DNA of 45,088 nucleotides from Basidiobolus ranarum (Eukaryota): NCBI GenBank assembly GCA_040143965.1, contig JASJQH010006903.1, positions 1 to 45,088 of the forward strand, read 5' to 3'. Shown piece by piece: positions 35,746 to 45,088 of this stretch (position 1 is its first letter; each line of letters starts with the position of its first letter). The notes under the pieces were generated by a model. It saw only the letters and a program-made list of their open reading frames with translations, ran no database searches and was not told where the DNA came from. The position numbers and the translations under genes were made by a program.

Positions 35746-38700
35746 ATGCTTTCCACTTTCACAGTCAGTGGGATGACATGTTCATCTTGCGTAAATGCTA
35801 TCGAATCAGCTTTAAAGAAACTCAAGGGAGTTAAACCTAACAGTGTTTCCCTTTCTCTTCTTACTGGGAAGCTCTTACTTGAACATGACGGGGGCCTAAT
35901 CTCGACTGCTGATCTAGCACAAATTATCGAAGATCTTGGCTACGATGTTCTTGATTCATCATATGAAGAAGATGAGTCAAACAAAGAAGATACAACCATT
36001 TCGTTCAATGGTGATAACGAGAAGACAGAGACTCTGCAAAAGGAAAAAAATACCAACCAAGAAGCCAATAAAGTCAGCACTGTTCGATTAATACTATCGG
36101 ATGACCCCGCATACACGACTAATCTACGTAATATGGATAACTTGAAAGAATCACTCGTATCAAAAGCTGGGATCATTTCGATTTCAGTGTCGCTTAGAAA
36201 TACCAATAAGATGGAACAGCCAAAAGCTTCCAAGAACTACAAGTCTCTCTACCTTAGCAAATTCAAGCGAAGCACAAGAGAGGTCAAACCTGAATACTCC
36301 CTCTCCATTCAACATCATGGCCAGACAATTGGTATTCGCTCGTTGATTACTATTTGTAAAGAACAGGGATATTTGGCGAAAGTACTTACAAATAACTCCA
36401 ACCAAAGTGTCAACCTTCAAGCCAGAGCTCAAGGGGAAATTCGTCAAGCACGAAAGAAATTCCTGTCATCTCTAGTATTTGCTATACCAGCTTTTGTGAT
36501 ATCTATGGTGATCGGCATGTTTCTTCCATCGGATAATGCAGCTCATCTGTTCTTTAAGCAGGATATTTTCGGACTCAGAGGTCTTGGATTAGGCGTATTT
36601 ATAATGTTCATCCTCGCAACCATAGTTCAATTCACTCTGGGAATTCCGTTTGTAAAGCATGGTTATAAATCTATTCGTCGTGCTAAAACTGCAAATATGG
36701 ATGTACTAGTAGCTTTGGGAACCTGGGTAGCCTATATCGCTTCTATTGTGAACATCGTAGTTAAGGTGGTATCATCTCCTGAACATATGGGTGGGGAAAT
36801 GGATGCCAGTATGGATTCGCATAGTATGGACTTTTTTGAGACATCAATTTTCTTAATCACTTTTATCTTACTTGGAAAATACCTTGAAGCTTTCGCCAAA
36901 GAAAAAACAGTTGATGCTATGGTAAAACTGACCAATCTTCAACCCGAGAAAGCCACTCTTGTACATATTTCAACCAGTGGAGAGGTAGAAAGAGAAGAGG
37001 AACTGCCTTTAGAATTGATCCAAGTAGGCGATATTTTAAAGGTCAATGCTGGTGGACGTCTTCCTTGTGACGGGGTGATTGTTCGTGGATCTACTGCTAT
37101 TGATGAGTCAATGTTAACAGGCGAGCCAGTTCCAGTTCCAAAGGATGTTGAAGACGAAGTAACTGGTGCTACCATCAACCAAAGTGCAACCATATTCATG
37201 AAAGCCACTCGTGTTGCTTCTGATACCACTCTTTCACAAATTATTGACCTCGTGCAATCAGCTCAAGCAACCAAGTCACCTCTCGAAGCACTGGGTGATC
37301 GTATATCCCACTTCTTTGTCCCTATTGTAGTAATACTAGCAATCCTGGTATTTGTTATATGGCTCTTATTGACCCAGTTCAACCGTGTACCTCAAGAATG
37401 GATTCCGGAGAGTCAAGGCGGTGTACTGTTCAGTTTGTTCTTCGGGCTCTCAGTGTTAGTAATCGCATGTCCGTGCGCTTTGGGTCTTGCTAGTCCAACT
37501 GCAGTCATGGTGGGAACTGGAGTAGCTGCCAAGTATGGAATTCTCATCAAAGGTGGAGGTGACACGATGGAGCGTGCTAGTAAATTTGACACCATCGTAT
37601 TCGATAAGACTGGTACTTTAACTCTAGGAAAACCTGAGGTTACTACGATGCAAACCCTCGGTTATAACGATATGGAAGCTAGTGACTGGATTCAAAAGGT
37701 CACTCAATTATTAGCTTGCTCTAGTGATCATCCATTGTCCAAAGCAATCTGTAAATATACTCAGGTGAAGGAAACCCTTGATAGCATCGCTATTACCCTG
37801 GAGTCTGTGAAAGAAATTCCTGGAAGAGGTTTGATGGCAGAAATCTCAACTCAATCGCTTCCAAAGGCTTTGGTTCCAGTCCTTGGTCTAAAAGGAAAAG
37901 ATAAAACCGGCAATTTACGCTTTTCAGTAGTCTACGGGAATGAAAGCTGGATGAGCCAAAACCAATGCGACTTCCCAACATCCATATATTCTCCACTAAT
38001 CCGTTCAGAGTTAGATAAACATCAAACCGAAGGAGGAACACTTGTGATGTTAGGCTTTTCTTTGTTATCTTCAGAAAATGACGTTAAAGCCAAATCACCC
38101 CTTCAAATAGGAGGAAAGATTCTAGGCTACTTTGTTCTAGCCGATGTTATTCGTACTGAGGCCAAACAAACCATCGATAGTCTCAAGAAACAAGGGAAAC
38201 AAGTGTGGATGATCACCGGTGACAATGAGTTGACGGCTAAATCGGTGGCTACTAAGCTCGGTATTGACAATATTTTGGCTAATGTACTTCCGGAACATAA
38301 AAAGGCTAAAGTACAATGGCTACAACAACAACCAGTACAGAAAGGCAATTCCAACTCAAGATCATTCAGAATTCGTGGTTGTTTCTCTCAATGGAAAGTC
38401 AGTCCCATGCAACAAGCACCAACAAAACGTATGCTAGTAGCCATGGTAGGTGACGGAATAAATGACTCACCAGCATTAGCTCAAGCGGATATTGGAATTG
38501 CCATGGGGGCTGGGTCGGATATAGCTCATTCAGCAGCTCAGGCAGTTCTACTACGCTCAAGACTTGATGATTTACTCATTCTGTTCTCCTTGTCAAAGAA
38601 AATCTTCAACCGTATTCGCTACAATTTCATTTGGGCTTTTGGTTATAATGTTTTAGCCATTCCAGTGGCTGCTGGTGTATTTTTCCCATTATTCAAGGTT

Positions 38701-38799
38701 GCTCTACCACCTCCACTTGCTGGTCTTCTAATGATCGGTTCAAGTTTGAGCGTCCTTGGCTCCTCACTGGCCTTGAAGCTCTACAGACCACCCAAATAA
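35746..38799 (+). CDS. P1B-1 copper-transporting P-type ATPase (Ccc2/ATP7/CopA family), intronless
   Basis: HMA motif GMTCSSC, TGE, ACPCALGLA, DKTGTLT, DHPL, TGDN and GDGINDSPAL, plus the TM7 YN and TM8 MxxSS Cu(I) ligands. TATA-like tatatataaa near 35611. Confidence 0.95.
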   Translation: MLSTFTVSGMTCSSCVNAIESALKKLKGVKPNSVSLSLLTGKLLLEHDGGLISTADLAQIIEDLGYDVLDSSYEEDESNKEDTTISFNGDNEKTETLQKEKNTNQEANKVSTVRLILSDDPAYTTNLRNMDNLKESLVSKAGIISISVSLRNTNKMEQPKASKNYKSLYLSKFKRSTREVKPEYSLSIQHHGQTIGIRSLITICKEQGYLAKVLTNNSNQSVNLQARAQGEIRQARKKFLSSLVFAIPAFVISMVIGMFLPSDNAAHLFFKQDIFGLRGLGLGVFIMFILATIVQFTLGIPFVKHGYKSIRRAKTANMDVLVALGTWVAYIASIVNIVVKVVSSPEHMGGEMDASMDSHSMDFFETSIFLITFILLGKYLEAFAKEKTVDAMVKLTNLQPEKATLVHISTSGEVEREEELPLELIQVGDILKVNAGGRLPCDGVIVRGSTAIDESMLTGEPVPVPKDVEDEVTGATINQSATIFMKATRVASDTTLSQIIDLVQSAQATKSPLEALGDRISHFFVPIVVILAILVFVIWLLLTQFNRVPQEWIPESQGGVLFSLFFGLSVLVIACPCALGLASPTAVMVGTGVAAKYGILIKGGGDTMERASKFDTIVFDKTGTLTLGKPEVTTMQTLGYNDMEASDWIQKVTQLLACSSDHPLSKAICKYTQVKETLDSIAITLESVKEIPGRGLMAEISTQSLPKALVPVLGLKGKDKTGNLRFSVVYGNESWMSQNQCDFPTSIYSPLIRSELDKHQTEGGTLVMLGFSLLSSENDVKAKSPLQIGGKILGYFVLADVIRTEAKQTIDSLKKQGKQVWMITGDNELTAKSVATKLGIDNILANVLPEHKKAKVQWLQQQPVQKGNSNSRSFRIRGCFSQWKVSPMQQAPTKRMLVAMVGDGINDSPALAQADIGIAMGAGSDIAHSAAQAVLLRSRLDDLLILFSLSKKIFNRIRYNFIWAFGYNVLAIPVAAGVFFPLFKVALPPPLAGLLMIGSSLSVLGSSLALKLYRPPK

Positions 38800-39385
38800 G
38801 CGCAAGGTGAATCTGCTTACAACCTGAACCATATATTTGGATATCATATGATCATACTAGAATCGCAACCACTATGTTTATCAACTGGGCAAAAATATAT
38901 CGATAACGCCATATATTTGCACAGCTTTCTTTTAACTACTGTCAATGTAAAAATCTGTATGGGGCTTTATATTTTCATTACTATATTGTACATGCAATAC
39001 ACATAAAAATAAATCCTCTCGTTTTCATTCAACAAAAGATTCATTTTCTAGTTCAAATCACCTTCTTAATTCACTTGCTCTATTTACCATTGGACAGTGA
39101 TAAAAGTTTCTTGGTGTATTACCGTTCAGTTACCACTACAATCAACCGTTACGAAATGATAATAAAGTCATGAATGTATGTTTTACACACAACATTGGAG
39201 AGTTAAGGTTAGGGCAAGATATTCTCAAAATTTTATTCATCACTTGAAATACTTAATGTAGACACAGAAACAAAACTATGAATGAATGTGCGCGAAAGGT
39301 GAAGGGCATTACCACGATTGATTAAGATTAATGAAATGATTGATATGTTGGATGATTTCATGGGTAACTATTTGAAATTCATATT

Positions 39386-40872
39386 TTACAACATCCACTT
39401 CTTGAAAGTCTCTACCTGGGCCTTTCTGGTATCCTTAAGAGACTGGGTATCGAATGGAGAATCAGAACCAAGATCGGTACAGTGAGATCCCTTCTTGATG
39501 ACAGCAAGAGGGTTGGAGGGTTTGCTTTGACGCTTAGGAGCATGAGGGGAGTTGACTGAGAGCTTTCTCCAGGGATCAATTTCTCCATCAGCGTAGAAGA
39601 TTCTGGAGGTGCGTACGTGCCAGCCCTTGTGCTCACGGTTGAACTTCTTGATATTAGGGGTCATCTTTCTTCCGAAGATCTTCTCACAAGCCTTGAGCTG
39701 TTGTTTCAAGTCACAGTGCTTGGAGCGAACACGTGGGAGGGATCCACGTGGGGCAGTCTGGAAGTAGCCAAGCTCAATGCAAGTTTGCCAGTACCAGCCC
39801 TTGGTATCATCATGAGCAAGATTCTTGTTCATACCCTCATAATCGTAGAAGTGAAGAGAATCAGGTCCAGTGACTTGGTTGCTAATATAAGCACCCCAAA
39901 CCTTTAATTTGTCTTGGACAGATTTGGCAGTCTTGAATGGCTTACAGAAAGCATCAAAAGGATCAATAGCTGCAGGCTTGTAGTATTGAACAAGTCCAGC
40001 AAGGATATCAGTGTAAGCAAAAGCAAAATCAGCATTGTCGGTAATGTTCTGTAATCCGAAGGTGGTCTTGAGACTAAGAATTTCTTTCTTGTTACCCTTA
40101 TCAAGGATACCATCGATATACTTGGTAACTCGGTGAAGATCCTTGGAGCAAGGAATAGCTTCGGTCAAAGTGAGATCATACTCATAGAAATCGGCCTGAG
40201 CTTGAACAGGGCCAGATGAGGCTAAGGCAGCATGAATCAGCTCAGGGTATTTTTGACGACCCCAGGAAGCTTGACCTCCGGCATAGGAACCACCGACAAG
40301 AGCCCACTTGGTCTTCGAGTTGACACCGTTGTGCTTGAACTTCTTAATGAAGTTGGCGAAATCAGCCAAACCTTGGTTGACAGTCAAGTATTTCATACCT
40401 TCGAAGGTAGATTGGGCAGTAGGAAGTGATTTACCGTAGTAACGATGCTCCAAGCCAACAATCAAACCATTAGTGGCCTGAGCAAGATTACGGAGCTGCC
40501 CACCGCCAACTGGTCTAGCAGGTCCTTCTCCTGGGGAATATACTAAATTACAAAATTATTTAGTTAAAACTGGAAATTAAGGGAAAATATGAGGACAGAC
40601 TGCTTACAGTATACAGGGCCACCGGGCTTGAAATAAGTGGAATTCAAGAAATAACGCTGTTTGAACACTGAAGTCTTGTGACTGAAATGATCAATCTTCT
40701 GATCGAACCATTGTTCAGGAAGAGCTTGAGGGTTGGCAGCCAAGATGTGAGGAATGCTTTGAATCCAGTCTTCACCTTCGAGTTGAGCATGATGTCTCTT
40801 AATATGAACGGCGTTGGTGGCAGTGAACAAAGCCAAAGAGCCAAATAATGTCAAGCAGGCCTGTACCTTCAT
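39386..40872 (-). CDS. Secreted serine peptidase, family S28 (prolyl carboxypeptidase/DPP2-like); intron 40543-40607
   Basis: Signal peptide MKVQACLTLFGSLALFTATNA. Motifs WFDQKIDHF, LEHRYYGKS, nucleophile GGSYAG, WYWQTCIELGYFQ, DGEIDPW and SHCTD. Confidence 0.93.
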
Positions 40873-41515
40873 TGTATGAAAAGATGATGATAATGATAAG
40901 TGGAATAGCCACATCCATAGTTATTTATAATCGACCCCAATCCAACCGGGGTAGCCCGCATCACCCACATCACCCGCATCACCGGCATGGTTTTTGTTTA
41001 ATGGATATACAGCAATCAATATCAGTGAGTATATAATTATTTCGAACTAATCCAGTATGCAGGCTCATTGCTAAATTAGATAGCAAGTAACTAAATGTGT
41101 GTGACTACATCCCATTTCTTATCCCATTTCTCATATATCAAATGACTTTGAGTAATACAGTTCTCATGTACAAAGCGAAGACGATTCTGACTCATTCCCA
41201 GGTGCGAGGATCGCAATATCTTAGATGGTCATGTGGACGTGCATAATGTATGTACAATTTGCCAGAATAACTCTTCAGAGCCGCCATTCTAGTTAGCAGC
41301 AAACACTTAACTCCATGCTGTCTAGGCTATTTATCATTGATATGTTTACTGCATGCGTACGTATTCACTGCCTATCTTGAGAAAATCCTGGATTTAGGTT
41401 TTGTGTCGGTAGCTTGTACATATTGGCTGTTAATTTTGTCAACAAACTCGCACGCTTTGTGCTGTCGTCTTTTCTTTACATCATCATTCGTCAATTCTAT
41501 GAGCAATAATTATGT

Positions 41516-41579
41516 TACTTGAAATATAGTCTAGTAATTTTAAATGCTACTTGAGATATAGTATAGTAATTATAAACGC
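41516..41579 (+). repeat. Imperfect 32-bp tandem duplication
   Basis: tacttgaaatatagtctagtaattttaaatgc / tacttgagatatagtatagtaattataaacgc (4 mismatches). Confidence 0.75.
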
Positions 41580-42198
41580 TTACTACATTGATTCCAAATC
41601 GTGATCGTGGTAAATCCTAATATTCACGCTCTCAGTTAGCACACAAGTCAACTTCAATTGAAAACACACTAGAAACACTTGCATCGTGAGAATTGCCTTG
41701 ACTGCCATATTCACCTGTATAACAGTAGTTGAGGATATCATAAAGCATGACTAATTTTACGAGTAGCCTATCTTTTTTAGTATCTTTTAGGATTCGTATC
41801 ACATGTAGCTTTTCAACGTTTCATCTGGATATATTCTCCATTAGCTTCACTCGAGTTTCGTAGAGAAGTGGCCAAATTCACCATTGCAACACCATTAGAA
41901 CGTGAAACTCGGAACGTTTCTTTCATAAATAGTATATAGACTGGAGTTGTCTGTTCTCTACCACTATCCTCCTCATTTTAGTCAATCCATCTCTATACGT
42001 TCTAGGAATTCAGCAACAATACGTGCTGGGAATATTGGGTAAAATATACATGTGTACCTAGACCAGTAATCCGATTTCGTCGCTCTCGGATTAGATACAC
42101 TTTCCCGTATATTGTCTATACCATCTCCATATCACTAATCAAGCGGCTAATCAGGCGGTGTGTCACTGTACAAATTACTTACTAAATTCGAGAAACCC

Positions 42199-43434
42199 AT
42201 GATTCCTGATAGTGAACCACCAATAACTATTCCCACAATTATGCTAACCCGGGCCATATCGGAAGGGGAGATCAATGACAACGAAAGGTACCTTACTTTC
42301 AGATGCTGACTACAATTGTGTTAGTATTAGCAATTCTAATCCTGATCGTAGATCATCTTTAAACGATCGACATCTGAGAATTTTTGATAGGTTAGATGGT
42401 TGCTTATTCACTACTTTTGGTGACGAGGAATCCTATATCTCATTGGCGGATGGTCTACATTTTTATCCAAAAACAGTGAACACAGTACACGATAAAACCA
42501 GCCCACTACCAGATGTATCGAGAAGCATGAGGCATGCTGAAGATGCAGGCCATTTACAACGAACAAATGATAAGTCTTTGCGTGAGAGAAGTTCAAAAAT
42601 TCGCGAGTGGACCCGCCAAAAATATGTTCTGTTTATCGCCAATCTATTGGTAAATCTTCCTCAACTTTCTGTTATTATTATATATTATGCCACCTTCTAA
42701 CGGTATATCTAGCTATTCTTGGTCAACTTAGGTCAGTTGCTGTTCAGCTTTGTGACATTAGGTCAAGGTGAGTATTCTTTTATTTTCAGTCTCTCCTTGA
42801 GTAGAAATTTCATCTTGCTTGCGTAGCTTACTTTGGTGGTGGGCTGTTATGGAGTGCTCATCGAGATATTTTGATAATATGTATGGTTGGTAGTATATGG
42901 GGTTTCATCACAAGTGTTTATGGATTTTATGGAATCCTACGCCATGAACGACGCATCCTGACCATCTACTGCATTGCCTTGTGGCCTTTGATGGGGTTGA
43001 CAGCAGGTGTTGGTTATGTAGCATTTAGAAGGAATCGATGGAATTTACGCAACAAGCTAGGTCATTTATGGAAAGATATGAGAGTCTCACAACGTGCTTC
43101 CATTCAAACAAATGTAGGTTTTTCTCAATTGAAATGAATCCTACGCGTTATTTATGATTTTATTCAGCTTCGTTGTTGCGGTTTCTTAAGTGCAATGAAT
43201 GGTCAGGCCAATACTAAGCAGTGCTACAGTAGAGCTTTACTACCTGGATGTTTTAGTAAATTGTATCAATATTCAAGGAATACATTACCCATCATATATC
43301 TCACTTCATTGGCCGTTGTTTTCCCTCTTTCTCTGGTCGTCGCCTTAATTGCTATTTTATGTTCGAATCATATTAGCAACGATACCCGTAGTGATCCACC
43401 TTTTACTTTGTTCCCACATCATGAAGAGAATTAA
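42199..43434 (+). CDS. Fungal tetraspanin, Tsp2-like, multi-exon
   Basis: Long N-terminal tail and four TMs. EC2 reads IQTN/LRCCGF...CYSRALLPGC. Also ILTIYCIALWP, GYVAFRR and C-terminal ILCSNHI. Confidence 0.85.
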
Positions 43435-44672
43435 TAATTTTTATTTTAGCATGACTGATGCAAAAATCTATGAGTTGGAGTGATCATGGATTGTATAAAT
43501 ACTTTAGTTAGGCACTTTAATATCATTTTTTATCTTTCAACATTTGATATAACTTGCAAATGTTGAAGAGCCAATAGCTCCATCATTAGTATTCTGCCTC
43601 AACACAGTGACAATAGTGACGGATCTTCAAATATGTTCGCCTAAGTTAGAGGGCCAATGGCATATTTCAGCAGTGTAGATTATATGATACTCAGTACACT
43701 AAGAAAGGATGATATCGGATTTATACTCATTTCATTGGCAATCTGACCAGGTTACAAAGATAGTTGAATAATAATATGAAAATAAACTGATAAATGATCA
43801 AATTACTCCTGTAATTAGAAAAATTTCTTGGTGCAAGAGTAAGAGGTGGGTAGAATAATGGGAAGAAATACATAACTTGAGCCTATTACTTCAATATACT
43901 GGATTAGGGATTTGAACCACCAGAATATGAATGCAAAAGTCAATTTTGTATTTTGGACTCATAAAACAAATATTTGATTTTTAATATAACTAGCCAAGTT
44001 TTCAATAAACATGCAAAGTATAGTGTAAGAATATTCAAGTGCTTGGCTATAGGATCCCAACATGTCCTACGTTTGGGATTAAAATCAAGAATGTAGTAGA
44101 TATGTAGCCGTGAGGTTTTTTAATTCCCAAGACTAGATTTGCCTGCGATTATTTAGGTGAAACGAGTAGCCATTGTTGAAGATAATTATGATTGGGAAAA
44201 ATAGAATGATCATATGCAATAAACCTTCCAGATAATCTCGCACTGTATTTGCTGATACTTAATCTAAGTTAGTCATCTAGGATCTGAGATGCCAGGGAGA
44301 CAATACTCACGAACAATCCACTCATACATACCCTAGCCTAGCATTAGCACTTCCACTGATCGTATATTTTCATACAGTACAAGATGCAAACGAATTGTTT
44401 GACGGAGGTTAAAATCATTTACTGATTTGTAACGATAGAGTTGTAAGTCGATGGTGAGGTGTTCCTGGTTTACTCCCTTTCAATGGGATCTTTTTGTTCG
44501 GGTTTTAGCGTTTCAATAACACTGTGACAGTGGCGGAATTCAACTCAGAAGTGGGATACCTCATGAACATAAATAGTAGGATTCAATCTAAAGAGAACGC
44601 TCCCTTTCGAACGTTTTCGTTTGACTTCGGTACAGAGATTCACATTCCCTTCTTATTAACGACCAAAAACTC

Positions 44673-45088
44673 ATGAATAAAGAATCCCAAACTTTGTTAT
44701 GGTGTCTTTGGTTGATGACAACTGGAATCCGCGCCGACTTCGCTTTCACTAGTCCTATAGGTGCCTCATGGGAGATAGGAACGCCAAACATCATTTCTTG
44801 GTAAACTTCCTCTTCCGTAGGATTGTTCTGAGAAATTTATTGACAAAATACAATTTTTAGGCAAGATATTGAGGGCCCTCCAAGTCCAGTCACGTTTGAC
44901 ATCCAACTAATGAGAGGATCCCCAACTAGTTTACAACTAATAGCGAATGTAGCTACCGCGGTAGATGTCAGATCTGGCCAGTACATGTGGGAGGTTCCGA
45001 GCAGTGTAAAGCCCGAAGCGAACTATGTGATACGAGCTGGTGATGGCAAGCTATTCAAGTATAGCCCTTTCTTTGAGATCATCAATTC
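44673..45088 (+). CDS. Secreted/cell-wall protein with Kre9/Knh1-like N-terminal Ig-like domain (partial, runs off the window); intron 44801-44860
   Basis: Spliced product: MNKESQTLLWCLWLMTTGIRA-DFAFTSPIGASWEIGTPNIISW/QD...FDIQLMRGSPTSLQLIANVA...GQYMWEVPSSV...YVIRAG...YSPFFEI. Not present in the ORF track. Confidence 0.8.

Noticed and set aside
39412-40429. Overlapping and antisense ORFs in the S28 peptidase gene
   Set aside because: Explained by strong codon bias; no independent features.
1-45088. CRISPR arrays, tRNA/rRNA genes, prokaryotic operons
   Set aside because: I saw no regularly spaced repeats or recognisable structural RNA. The sequence is eukaryotic with spliceosomal introns.

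Overview
Eukaryotic, intron-rich (short ~55-70 nt GT-AG introns), AT-rich fungal DNA. The gene content suggests an early-diverging fungus (Zoopagomycota/Mucoromycota-like, e.g. Basidiobolus; this is an inference). Bases 1-2749 are a decayed repeat block in which I found no CpG at all. It contains a Ty1/copia gag fragment and two inverted, ~78% identical copies of an unidentified repeat. The rest is gene-dense, with about 15 genes: a T-box (Brachyury-like) transcription factor, FIT/Scs3, a CaaX-tailed INPP5E-like inositol 5-phosphatase, Crb2/Rad9/53BP1, Cpt1/Ept1, kexin (with a GC-AG intron), an orphan 7TM protein, CENP-C/Mif2, a Dnt1/Net1-like protein, Rpp40, a macoilin-like/AcrB-like TM+FN3+coiled-coil protein, a P1B Cu-ATPase, an S28 peptidase, a Tsp2 tetraspanin, and the start of a Kre9/Knh1-like secreted protein. 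The most interesting items are the apparent fungal macoilin, which may link animal macoilin to fungal AcrB, the divergent fungal T-box gene, and the sharply bounded CpG-free repeat block. All family calls come from motif recognition by eye, and all exon boundaries are manual predictions.
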